In this document: positions 27,291 through 40,799 of the stretch, one piece after another
Layout: each line of letters opens with the position of its first letter
Numbering within the stretch: position 1 is the stretch's first letter
Assembly: GCA_043228905.1 (NCBI GenBank)
Contig: JBHGNT010000229.1
Coordinates: 1 to 48,142 of the forward strand
Length of the DNA stretch: 48,142 nt
Reading direction: 5' to 3'
DNA from: Azolla caroliniana
Lineage: Eukaryota; Plantae; Polypodiophyta
Notes under the pieces: generated by a model
The model's database searches: none
What the model was told of the DNA's origin: nothing
Seen by the model: only the letters and a program-made list of their open reading frames with translations
Made by a program: the position numbers and the translations under genes

Positions 27291-29200
27291 CCTGGCTCGT
27301 GTGATATCGGATTTTTGTGTTCAAACATGCGAATCGAAGCTAACAATGCTAGCTATGATATGGAATTAGAAAAATCAAGATTTTGAAACTCAGGTCGAGA
27401 GACATGACGAAATTAGCAAACTGGAGGACGGTGTTGAGAAGAGCTAGTAGGTAAATTAAAATATCGGATTTTTGTGTTCAAACATGCGAATCGAAGCTAA
27501 CAACGCTAGCTATGATATGGAATTAGAAAATCAAGATTTCGAAACTCAGGTCGAGAGACATGACGAAATTACCAAATTGGAGGAGGGAGTTGAGAAAAGC
27601 TAGGAGGTAAATTAAAATTTTCATACCTGGATCGTGTCATATCGGATTTATGTGTTCAAACATGCGAATCGAAGCTAACAACGCTAGCTATGATATGGAA
27701 TTAAAAAATCAAGATTTTGAAACTCAGGTCGAGAGACATGACGAAATTAGCAAACTTGAGGAGGGAGTTGAGAGGAGCCCTTGAGTAAATTAAAATGTTC
27801 ATACCTGGCTCGTGTGATATCGGATTTTTGTGTTCAAACATGCGAATCGAAGCTAACAATGCTAGCTATGATATGGAATTAGAAAAATCAAGATTTTGAG
27901 ACTCAGGTCGAGAGACATGACGAAATTAGCAAACTGGAGGACGGAGTTGAGAAGAGCTAGTAGGTAAATTAAAATATCGGATTTTTGTGTTCAAACATGC
28001 GAATCGAAGCTAACAACGCTAGCTATGATATGGAATTAGAAAATCAAGATTTCGAAACTCAGGTCGAGAGACATGACGAAATTACCAAACTTGAGGAGGG
28101 AGTTGAGAGGAGCCCTTGAGTAAATTAAAATGTTCATACCTGGTTGGTGTCATATCGGATTTATGTGTTCAAACATGCAAATCGAAGCTAACAACGCTAG
28201 CTATGATATGAAATTAAAAAATCAAGATTTTGAAACTCAGGTCGAGAGAAATGACGAAATTAGCAAACTTGAGGAGGGAGTTGAGAGGAGCCCTTGAGTA
28301 AATTAAAATGTTCATACCTTGTTCCTGTGATATCGGATTTTTGTGTTCAAACATGTGAATCGAAGGTAACTACGCTAGCTATGATATGGAATTAAAAAAT
28401 CAAGATTTTGAAACTCAGGTCGAGAGACATGACGAAATTAGCAAACTTGAGGAGGGAGTTGAGAGGAGCCCTTGAGTAAATTAAAATGTTCATACCTGGT
28501 TGGTGTCATATCGGATTTATGTGTTCAAACATGCAAATCGAAGCTAACAACGCTAGCTATGATATGAAATTAAAAAATCAAGATTTTGAAACTCAGGTCG
28601 AGAGAAATGACGAAATTAGCAAACTTGAGGAGGGAGTTGAGAGGAGCCCTTGAGTAAATTAAAATGTTCATACCTTGTTCCTGTGATATCGGATTTTTGT
28701 GTTCAAACATGTGAATCGAAGGTAACTACGCTAGCTATGATATGGAATTAAAAAATCAAGATTTTGAAACTCAGGTCGAGAGACATGACGAAATTAGCAA
28801 ACTTGAGGAGGGAGTTGAGAGGAGCCCTTGAGTAAATTAAAATGTTCATACCTAGCTCGTGTGATATCGGATTTTTGTGTTCAAACATGCGAATCGAAGC
28901 TAACAATGCTAGCTATGATATGGAATTAGAAAAATCAAGATTTTGAAACTCAGGTCGAGAGACATGACGAAATTAGCAAATTGGAGGACGGAGTTGAGAA
29001 GAGCTAGTAGGTAAATTAAAATATCGGATTTTTGTGTTCAAACATGCGAATCGAAGCTAACAACGCTAGCTATGATATGGAATTAGAAAATCAAGATTTC
29101 GAAACTCAGGTCGAGAGACATGACGAAATTACCAAATTGGAGGAGGGAGTTGAGAAAAGCTAGGAGGTAAATTAAAATGTTCATACCTGGATCGTGTCAT
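27290..29200 (+). repeat. Domain with 22-bp-deleted monomers and an internal 356-bp dimer duplication
   Basis: GTAAATTAAAATATCGG junctions at 27461, 27974, 29021 (513=3x178-22+1; 1047=6x178-22+1). TGGTTGGTGTC at 28141 and 28497. Confidence 0.85.
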
Positions 29201-31510
29201 ATCGGATTTATGTGTTCAAACATGCGAATCGAAGCTAACAACGCTAGCTATGATATGGAATTAAAAAATCAAGATTTTGAAACTCAGGTCGAGAGACATG
29301 ACGAAATTAGCAAACTTGAGGAGGGAGTTGAGAGGAGCCCTTGAGTAAATTAAACTGTTCATAGCTGGCTCGTGTGATATCGGATTTTTGTGTTCAAACA
29401 TGCGAATCGAAGCTAACAACGCTAGCTATGATATGGAATTAAAAAATCAAGATTTTGAAACTCACGTCGAGAGACATGACGAAATTACCAAATTTTAGGA
29501 GTGAGTTGAGAAGAGCTAGGAGGTAAATTAAAATGTTCATACCTGGTTCGTGTCATATCGGATTTATGAGTTCAAACATGCAAATCGAAGCTAACAACGC
29601 TAGCTATGATATGGAATTAAAAAATCAAGATTTTGAAACTCAGGTCGAGAGACATGACGAAATTAGCAAACTTGAGGAGGGAGTTGAGAGGAGCCCTTGA
29701 GTAAATTAAAATGTTCATACCTGGCTCCTGTGATATCGGATTTTTGTGTTCAAGCATGCGAATCGAAGGTAACAACGCTAGCTATGATAGCGAATTAAAA
29801 AATCAAGACTTTGAAACTCAGGTCGAGAGACATGACGAAATTAGCAAACTTGAGGAGGGAGTTGAGAGGAGCCCTTGAGTAAATTAAAATGTTCATACCT
29901 GGCTCGTGTGATATCGGATTTTTGTGTTCAAACATGCCAATCGAAGCTAGCAACGCTAGCTGTGATATGGAATTCAAAAATCAAGATTCTGAAACTCAGG
30001 TCGAGAGAAATGACGAAACTAGCAAACTTGAGGGAGTTGAGAGGAGCCCTTGAGTAAATTCAAATGTTCATACCTGGGTCGTGTTATATCGGATTTTTAT
30101 GTTCAAACGTGCGAATCGAAGCTAACAACGCTAGCTATGATATGGAATTTAAAAATCAAGATTTTGAAACTCAGGTCGAGAGAAATGACGAAACTAGCAA
30201 ACTTGAGGGAGTTGAGAGGAGCCCTTGAGTAAATTCAAATGTTCATACCTGGGTCGTGTTATATCGGATTTTTGTGTTCAAACATGCGAATCGAAGCTAA
30301 CAACGCTAGCTATGATATGGAATTAGAAAATCAAGATTTCGAAACTCAGGTCGAGAGACATGACGAAATTACCAAATTGGAGGAGGGAGTTGAGAAAAGC
30401 TAGGAGGTAAATTAAAATGTTCATACCTGGATCGTGTCATATCGGATTTATGTGTTCAAACATGCGAATCGAAGCTAACAACGCTAGCTATGATATGGAA
30501 TTAAAAAATCAAGATTTTGAAACTCAGGTCGAGAGACATGACGAAATTAGCAAACTTGAGGAGGGAGTTGAGAGGAGCCCTTGAGTAAATTAAACTGTTC
30601 ATAGCTGGCTCGTGTGATATCGGATTTTTGTGTTCAAACATGCGAATCGAAGCTAACAACGCTAGCTATGATATGGAATTAAAAAATCAAGATTTTGAAA
30701 CTCACGTCGAGAGACATGACGAAATTACCAAATTTTAGGAGTGAGTTGAGAAGAGCTAGTAGGTAAATTAAAATGTTCATACCTGGTTCGTGTCATATCG
30801 GATTTATGAGTTCAAACATGCAAATCGAAGCTAACAACGCTAGCTATGATATGGAATTAAAAAATCAAGATTTTGAAACTCAGGTCGAGAGACATGACGA
30901 AATTAGCAAACTTGAGGAGGGAGTTGAGAGGAGCCCTTGAGTAAATTAAAATGTTCATACCTGGCTCCTGTGATATCGGATTTTTGTGTTCAAGCATGCG
31001 AATCGAAGGTAACAACGCTAGCTATGATAGCGAATTAAAAAATCAAGACTTTGAAACTCAGGTCGAGAGACATGACGAAATTAGCAAACTTGAGGAGGGA
31101 GTTGAGAGGAGCCCTTGAGTAAATTAAAATGTTCATACCTGGCTCGTGTGATATCGGATTTTTGTGTTCAAACATGCCAATCGAAGCTAGCAACGCTAGC
31201 TGTGATATGGAATTCAAAAATCAAGATTTTGAAACTCAGGTCGAGAGAAATGACGAAACTAGCAAACTTGAGGGAGTTGAGAGGAGCCCTTGAGTAAATT
31301 CAAATGTTCATACCTGGGTCGTGTTATATCGGATTTTTATGTTCAAACGTGCGAATCGAAGCTAACAACGCTAGCTATGATATGGAATTTAAAAATCAAG
31401 ATTTTGAAACTCAGGTCGAGAGAAATGACGAAACTAGCAAACTTGAGGGAGTTGAGAGGAGCCCTTGAGTAAATTCAAATGTTCATACCTGGGTCGTGTT
31501 ATATCGGATT
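29021..31510 (+). repeat. 7-mer (1240 bp) tandem duplication containing two 175-bp monomers per unit
   Basis: ORFs 29795/31035, 29875/31115 and 30050/31290 are 1240 apart (7x178-6). Shared markers ATAGCTGG, CTCACGTCG, ACTTGAGGGAG. Confidence 0.9.
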
Positions 31511-32949
31511 TTTATGTTCAAACGTGCGAATCGAAGCTAACAACGCTAGCTATGATATGGAATTTAAAAATCAAGATTTTGAAACTCAGGTCGAGAGACA
31601 TGACGAAATTACCAAATTTGAGGAGTGAGTTGAGAAGAGCTAGTAGGTAAATTAAAATGTTCATACCTGGTTCGTGTCATATCGGATTTATGTGTTCAAA
31701 CATGCGAATCGAAGTTAACAACGCTAGCTATGATATGAAATTAAAAAATCAAGATTTTGAAACTCAGGTCGAGAGACATGACGAAATTAGCAAACTTGAG
31801 GAGGGAGTTGAGAGGAGCCCTTGAGTAAATTAAAATGTTCATACCTGGCTCGTGTGATATCGGATTTTTGTGTTCAAACATGCGAATCGAAGCTAACAAT
31901 GCTAACTATTATATGGATTTCAAAAATCAAGACTTTGAAACTCAGGTCGAGAGAAATGACGAAATTAGCAAACTTGAGGAGGGAGTTGAGAGGAGCCCTT
32001 GAGTAAATTCAAATGTTCATACCTGCGTCGTGTTATATCGGATTTTTATGTTCAAACGTGCGAATCGAAGCTAACAACGCTAGCTATGATATGGAATTTA
32101 AAAATCAAGATTTTGAAACTCAGGTCGAGAGACATGATGAAATTAGCAAACTCGAGAAGGTAGTTGAGAGCAGCCCTTGAGTAAATTAAAATGTTCATAC
32201 CTGGCTCCTGTGATATCGGATTTTTTGTGTTCAAACATGCGAATCGAAGGTAACAACGCTAGCTATGATATGGAATTCAAACATCAAGATTTTGAAACTC
32301 AGGTCGAGAGACATGACGAAATTAGCAAACTTGAGGAGGGAGTTGAGAGGAGCCCTTGAGTAAATTAAAATGTTCATACCTGTCTCGTGTGATATCGGAT
32401 TTTTGTGTTCAAACATGCGAATCGAAGCTAACAATGCTAACTATTATATGGATTTCAAAAATCAAGATTTTGAAACTCAGGTCGAGAGAAATGACGAAAT
32501 TAGCAAACTTGAGGGAGTTGAGACGAGCCCTTGAGTAAATTCAAATGTTCATACCTGGGTCGTGTTATATCGGATTTTTATGTTCAAACGTGCGAATCGA
32601 AGCTAACAATGCTAGCTATGATATGGAATTTAAAAATAGAGATTTTGAAACTCAGGTCGAGAGACATGATGAAATTAGCAAACTCGAGAAGGTAGTTGAG
32701 AAGAGCGAGAAGGTAAATTTAAATGTTCATACCTGGTTCGTGTCATATCGAATTTATGTGTTCAAACATGCGAATCGAAGCTAACAACGCTAGCTATGAT
32801 ATGGAATTAAAAAATCAAGATTTTGAAACTCAGGTCGAGAGACATGACGAAATTAGCAAATTTGAGGAGGGAGTTGAGAGGAGGCCTTGAGTAAATTAAA
32901 ATGTTCATACTTAGCTCGTGTGATATCGGATTTTTGTGTTTAAACATGC

Positions 32950-35760
32950 GAATCGAAGCTAACAACGCTAGCTGTGATATGGAATTCAAAAATCAAGATT
33001 TTGAAACTCAGGTCGAGAGAAATGACGAAATTAGCAAATTTGAGGAGGGAGTTGATAGGAGGCCTTGAGTAAATTAAAATGTTCATACTTGGCTCGTGTG
33101 ATATCGGATTTTTGTGTTTAAACATGCGAATCGAAGCTAACAACGCTAGCTGTGATATGGAATTCAAAAATCAAGATTTTGAAACTCAGGTCTAGAGAAA
33201 TGACGAAATTAGCAAATTAGAGGAGGGAGTTGAGAAGAGCTAGGAGGTAAATTTAAATGTTCATACCTGGCTCGTGTCATATCGGATATATGTGTTCAAA
33301 CATGCGAATCGAAGCTAACAACGCTAGCTATGATATCGAATTAAAAAATCAAGACTTTGAAAGTCAGGTCGAGAGACATGACGAAATTACCAAATTTGAG
33401 GAGTGAGTTGAGAGGAGCCCTTGAGTAAATTAAAATGTTCATACCTGGCTCCTGTGATATCGGATTTTTGTGTTCAAACATGCGAATCGAAGGTAACAAC
33501 GCTAGCTATGATATGGAATTAAAAAATCAAGATTTCGAAACTCAGGTCGAGAGACATGACGAAATTACCAAATTGGAGGAGGGAGTTGAGAAAAGCTAGG
33601 AGGTAAATTAAAATGTTCATACCTGGATCGTGTCATATCGGATTTATGTGTTCAAACATGCGAATCGAAGCTAACAACGCTAGCTGTGATATGGAATTCA
33701 AAAATCAAGATTTTGAAACTCAGGTCGAGAGAAATGACGAAATTAGCAAATTTGAGGAGGGAGTTGATAGGAGGCCTTGAGTAAATTAAAATGTTCATAC
33801 TTGGCTCGTGTGATATCGGATTTTTGTGTTTAAACATGCGAATCGAAGCTAACAACGCTAGCTGTGATGTGGAATTCAAAAATCAAGATTTTGAAACTCA
33901 GGTCGAGAGAAATGACGAAATTAGCAAATTTGAGGAGGGAGTTGAGAAGAGCTAGGAGGTAAATTTAAATGTTCATACCTGGCTCGTGTCATATCGGATA
34001 TATGTGTTCAAACATGCGAATCGAAGCTAACAACGCTAGCTATGATATCGAATTAAAAAAACAAGACTTTGAAAGACAGGTCGAGAGACATGACGAAATT
34101 ACCAAATTTGAGGAGTGAGTTGAGAGGAGCCCTTGAGTAAATTAAAATGTTCATACCTGGCTCCTGTGATATCGGATTTTTGTGTTCAAACATGCGAATC
34201 GAAGGTAACAACGCTAGCTATGATATGGAATTAAAAAATCAAGATTTCGAAACTCAGGTCGAGAGACATGACGAAATTACCAAATTGGAGGAGGGAGTTG
34301 AGAAAAGCTAGGAGGTAAATTAAAATGTTCATACCTGGATCGTGTCATATCGGATTTATGTGTTCAAACATGCGAATCGAAGCTAACAACGCTAGCTGTG
34401 ATATGGAATTCAAAAATCAAGATTTTGAAACTCAGGTCGAGAGAAATGACGAAATTAGCAAATTTGAGGAGGGAGTTGATAGGAGGCCTTGAGTAAATTA
34501 AAATGTTCATACTTGGCTCGTGTGATATCGGATTTTTGTGTTTAAACATGCGAATCGAAGCTAACAACGCTAGCTGTGATGTGGAATTCAAAAATCAAGA
34601 TTTTGAAACTCAGGTCGAGAGAAATGACGAAATTAGCAAATTTGAGGAGGGAGTTGAGAAGAGCTAGGAGGTAAATTTAAATGTTCATACCTGGCTCGTG
34701 TCATATCGGATATATGTGTTCAAACATGCGAATCGAAGCTAACAACGCTAGCTATGATATCGAATTAAAAAAACAAGACTTTGAAAGACAGGTCGAGAGA
34801 CATGACGAAATTACCAAATTTGAGGAGTGAGTTGAGAGGAGCCCTTGAGTAAATTAAAATGTTCATACCTGGCTCCTGTGATATCGGATTTTTGTGTTCA
34901 AACATGCGAATCGAAGGTAACAACGCTAGCTATGATATGGAATTAAAAAATCAAGATTTCGAAACTCAGGTCGAGAGACATGACGAAATTACCAAATTGG
35001 AGGAGGGAGTTGAGAAAAGCTAGGAGGTAAATTAAAATGTTCATACCTGGATCGTGTCATATCGGATTTATGTGTTCAAACATGCGAATCGAAGCTAACA
35101 ACGCTAGCTGTGATATGGAATTCAAAAATCAAGATTTTGAAACTCAGGTCGAGAGAAATGACGAAATTAGCAAATTTGAGGAGGGAGTTGATAGGAGGCC
35201 TTGAGTAAATTAAAATGTTCATACTTGGCTCGTGTGATATCGGATTTTTGTGTTTAAACATGCGAATCGAAGCTAACAACGCTAGCTGTGATGTGGAATT
35301 CAAAAATCAAGATTTTGAAACTCAGGTCGAGAGAAATGACGAAATTAGCAAATTTGAGGAGGGAGTTGAGAAGAGCTAGGAGGTAAATTTAAATGTTCAT
35401 ACCTGGCTCGTGTCATATCGGATATATGTGTTCAAACATGCGAATCGAAGCTAACAACGCTAGCTATGATATCGAATTAAAAAAACAAGACTTTGAAAGA
35501 CAGGTCGAGAGACATGACGAAATTACCAAATTTGAGGAGTGAGTTGAGAGGAGCCCTTGAGTAAATTAAAATGTTCATACCTGGCTCCTGTGATATCGGA
35601 TTTTTGTGTTCAAACATGCGAATCGAAGGTAACAACGCTAGCTATGATATGGAATTAAAAAATCAAGATTTCGAAACTCAGGTCGAGAGACATGACGAAA
35701 TTACCAAATTGGAGGAGGGAGTTGAGAAAAGCTAGGAGGTAAATTAAAATGTTCATACCT
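32950..35760 (+). repeat. 4-mer HOR (712 bp), about 4 copies
   Basis: ORFs at 32940, 33652, 34364, 35076 are exactly 712 apart. Markers GTTGATAGGAGGCCTTG, GTTTAAACATG, GGATATATGTG. Confidence 0.93.
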
Positions 35761-38700
35761 GGTTCGTGTCATATCGGATTTATGAGTTCAAACATGCAAA
35801 TCGAAGCTAACAACGCTAGCTATGATATGGAATTAAAAAATCAAGATTTTGAAACTCAGGTCGAGAGACATGACGAAACTAGCAAACTTGAGGAGGTAGT
35901 TGAGAGGAGCCCTTGAGTAAATTAAAATGTTCATACCTGGCTCGTGTGATATCGGATTTTTGTGTTCAAACATGCAAATCGAAGCTAACAATGCTAACTA
36001 TTATATGGATTTCAAAAATCAAAATTTTGAAACTCAGGTCGAGAGACATGACGAAAATAGCAAACTTGAGGAGGGAGTTGAGAGGAGCCCTTGAGTAAAT
36101 TAAAATGTTCATACCTGGCTCCTGTGATATCGGATTTTTGTGTTCAAACATGCGAATCGAAGCTAACAACACTAGCTATGATATGGAATGAGAAAATCAA
36201 GATTTTGAAACTCAGGTCGAGAGACATGACGAAAATAGCAAACTTGAGGAGGGAGTTGAGAGGAGCCCTTGAGTAAATTAAACTGTTCATACCTGGCTCG
36301 TGTGATATCGGATTTTTGTGTTCAAACATGCAAATCAAAGCTAACAACGCTAGCTATGATATGGAATTAAAAAATCAAGATTTTGAAACTCAGGTCGAGA
36401 GACATGACGAAAATAGCAAACTTGAGGAGGGAGTTGAGAGGAGCCCTTGAGTAAATTAAAATAATCATACCTGGCTCGTGTGATATCGGATTTTTGTGTT
36501 CAAACATGTGAATCGAAGCTAACAACGCTAGCTATGATATTGAATTGAAAAATCAAGATTTTGAAACTCAGGTCGAGAGACATGACGAAATTACCAAATT
36601 CGAGGAGGGAGTTGAGAAAAGATAGGAGGTAAATTAAAATGTTCATACCTGGATCGTGTCATATCGGATTTATGTGTTCAAACATGCGAATCGAAGCTAA
36701 CAACGCTAGCTGTGATATGGAATTCAAAAATCAAGATTTTGAAACTCAGTCGAGAGAAATGACGAAATTAGCAAATTTGAGGAGGGAGTTGAGAAGAGCT
36801 AGGAGGTAAATTTAAATGTTCATACCTGGCTCGTGTCATATCGGATATATGTGTTCAAACATGCGAATCGAAGCTAACAACGCTAGCTATGATATCGAAT
36901 TAAAAAAGCAAGACTTTGAAAGTCAGGTCGAGAGACATGACGAAATTACCAAATTTGAGGAGTGAGTTGAGAGGAGCCCTTGAGTAAATTAAAATGTTCA
37001 TACCTGGCTCCTGTGATATCGGATTTTTGTGTTCAAACATGCGAATCGAAGGTAACAACGCTAGCTATGATATGGAATTAAAAAATCAAGATTTCGAAAC
37101 TCAGGTCGAGAGACATGACGAAATTACCAAATTGGAGGAGGGAGTTGAGAAAAGCTAGGAGGTAAATTAAAATGTTCATACCTGGATCGTGTCATATCGG
37201 ATTTATGTGTTCAAACATGCGAATCGAAGCTAACAACGCTAGCTATGATATGGAATTAAAAAATCAAGATTTTGAAACTCAGGTCGAGAGAAATGACGAA
37301 ATTAGCAAATTTGAGGAGGGAGTTGAGAAGAGCTAGGAGGTAAATTTAAATGTTCATACCTGGCTCGTGTCATATCGGATATATGTGTTCAAACATGCGA
37401 ATCGAAGCTAACAACGCTAGCTATGATATCGAATTAAAAAAACAAGACTTTGAAAGACAGGTCGAGAGACATGACGAAATTACCAAATTTGAGGAGTGAG
37501 TTGAGAGGAGCCCTTGAGTAAATTAAAATGTTCATACCTGGCTCCTGTGATATCGGATTTTTGTGTTCAAACATGCGAATCGAAGGTAACAACGCTAGCT
37601 ATGATATGGAATTAAAAAATCAAGATTTCGAAACTCAGGTCGAGAGACATGACGAAATTACCAAATTGGAGGAGGGAGTTGAGAAAAGCTAGGAGGTAAA
37701 TTAAAATGTTCATACCTGGTTCGTGTCATATCGGATTTATGAGTTCAAACATGCAAATCGAAGCTAACAACGCTAGCTATGATATGGAATTAAAAAATCA
37801 AGATTTTGAAACTCAGGTCGAGAGACATGACGAAACTAGCAAACTTGAGGAGGTAGTTGAGAGGAGCCCTTGAGTAAATTAAAATGTTCATACCTGGCTC
37901 GTGTGATATCGGATTTTTGTGTTCAAACATGCAAATCGAAGCTAACAATGCTAACTATTATATGGATTTCAAAAATCAAAATTTTGAAACTCAGGTCGAG
38001 AGACATGACGAAAATAGCAAACTTGAGGAGGGAGTTGAGAGGAGCCCTTGAGTAAATTAAAATGTTCATACCTGGCTCCTGTGATATCGGATTTTTGTGT
38101 TCAAACATGCGAATCGAAGCTAACAACACTAGCTATGATATGGAATGAGAAAATCAAGATTTTGAAACTCAGGTCGAGAGACATGACGAAAATAGCAAAC
38201 TTGAGGAGGGAGTTGAGAGGAGCCCTTGAGTAAATTAAACTGTTCATACCTGGCTCGTGTGATATCGGATTTTTGTGTTCAAACATGCAAATCAAAGCTA
38301 ACAACGCTAGCTATGATATGGAATTAAAAAATCAAGATTTTGAAACTCAGGTCGAGAGACATGACGAAAATAGCAAACTTGAGGAGGGAGTTGAGAGGAG
38401 CCCTTGAGTAAATTAAAATAATCATACCTGGCTCGTGTGATATCGGATTTTTGTGTTCAAACATGTGAATCGAAGCTAACAACGCTAGCTATGATATTGA
38501 ATTGAAAAATCAAGATTTTGAAACTCAGGTCGAGAGACATGACGAAATTACCAAATTCGAGGAGGGAGTTGAGAAAAGATAGGAGGTAAATTAAAATGTT
38601 CATACCTGGATCGTGTCATATCGGATTTATGTGTTCAAACATGCGAATCGAAGCTAACAACGCTAGCTGTGATATGGAATTCAAAAATCAAGATTTTGAA

Positions 38701-39240
38701 ACTCAGTCGAGAGAAATGACGAAATTAGCAAATTTGAGGAGGGAGTTGAGAAGAGCTAGGAGGTAAATTTAAATGTTCATACCTGGCTCGTGTCATATCG
38801 GATATATGTGTTCAAACATGCGAATCGAAGCTAACAACGCTAGCTATGATATCGAATTAAAAAAGCAAGACTTTGAAAGTCAGGTCGAGAGACATGACGA
38901 AATTACCAAATTTGAGGAGTGAGTTGAGAGGAGCCCTTGAGTAAATTAAAATGTTCATACCTGGCTCCTGTGATATCGGATTTTTGTGTTCAAACATGCG
39001 AATCGAAGGTAACAACGCTAGCTATGATATGGAATTAAAAAATCAAGATTTCGAAACTCAGGTCGAGAGACATGACGAAATTACCAAATTGGAGGAGGGA
39101 GTTGAGAAAAGCTAGGAGGTAAATTAAAATGTTCATACCTGGATCGTGTCATATCGGATTTATGTGTTCAAACATGCGAATCGAAGCTAACAACGCTAGC
39201 TATGATATGGAATTAAAAAATCAAGATTTTGAAACTCAGG
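35303..39240 (+). repeat. 11-mer (1957 bp) tandem duplication
   Basis: ORFs 35913/37870, 36091/38048 and 36144/38101 are 1957 apart (11x178-1). Shared 1-bp deletion CTCAGTCGAG and markers GAATGAGAAAATC, AAAAGATAGG. Confidence 0.9.
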
Positions 39241-40799
39241 TCGAGAGACATGACGAAACTAGCAAACTTGAGGAGGGAGTTGAGAGGAGCCCTTGAGTAA
39301 ATTAAACTGTTCATACCTGGCTCGTGTGATATCGGATTTTTGTGTTCAAATATGTGAATCGAAGCTAACAACGATAGCTATGATATGGAATGAAAAAATC
39401 AAGATTTCGAAACTCAGGTCGAGAGACATGACGAAACTAGCAAACTTGAGGAGGGAGTTGAGAGGAGCCCTTGAGTAAATTAAACTGTTCATACCTGGCT
39501 CGTGTGATATCGGATTTTTGTGTTCAAATATGTGAATCGAAGCTAACAACGATAGCTATGATATGGAATTTAAAAATCAAGATTTTGAAACTCAGGTCGA
39601 GAGACATGACGAAATTACCAAATTTGAGGAGTGAGTTGAGAAGAGCTAGTAGGTAAATTAAAATGTTCATACCTGGTTCGTGTCATATCGGATTTATGTG
39701 TTCAAACATGCGAATCGAAGCTAACAACACTAGCTATGATATGGAATTAAAAAATCAAGATTTTGAAACTCAGGTCGAGAGACATGACGAGAATAGCAAA
39801 CTTGAGGAGGGAGATGAGAGGAGCCCTTGAGTAAATTAAAATGTTCATACCTGGCTCGTGTGATATCGGATTTTTGTGTTCAAACATGCCAATCGAAGCT
39901 AACAACGCTAGCTGTGATATGGAATTCAAAAATCAAGATTTTGAAACTCAGATCGAGAGAAATGACGAAAACAGCAAACTTGAGGAGGGAGTTCAGAGGA
40001 GCCCTTGAGTAAATTAAAAGGTTCATACCTGGCTCGTGTTATATCGGATTTTTATGTTCAAACGTGCGAATCGAAGCTAACAACGCTAGCTATGATATGG
40101 AATTTAAAAATCAAGATTTTGAAACTAAGGTCGAGAGACATGATGAAATTAGCAAAATCGAGAAGGTAGTTGAGAAGAGCGAGAAGGTAAATTTAAATGT
40201 TCATACCTGGTTCGTGTCATATCGGATTTATGTGTTCAGACATGCGAATCGAAGCTAACAACGCTAGCTATGATATGGAATTAAAAAATCAAGATTTTGA
40301 AACTCAGGTCGAGAGACATGACGAAATTAGCAAATTTGAGGAGGGAGTTGAGAGGAGGCCTTGAGTAAATTAAAATGTTCATACTTGGCTCGTGTGATAT
40401 CGGATTTTTGTGTTTAAACATGCGAATCGAAGCTAACAACGCTAGCTGTGATATGGAATTCAAAAATCAAGATTTTGAAACTCAGGTCGAGAGAAATGAC
40501 GAAATTAGCAAACTTGAGGAGGGAGTTGAGAGGAGCCCTTGAGTAAATTCAAATGTTCATACCTGGGTCGTGTTATATCGGATTTTTATGTTCAAACGTG
40601 CGAATCGAAGCTAACAACGCTAGCTATGATATGGAATTTAAAAATCAAGATTTTGAAACTCAGGTCGAGAGACATGATGAAATTAGCAAACTCGAGAAGG
40701 TAGTTGAGAAGAGCGAGAAGGTAAATTTAAATGTTCATACCTGGTTCGTGTCATATCGGATTTATGTGTTCAAACATGCGAATCGAAGCTAACAACGCT

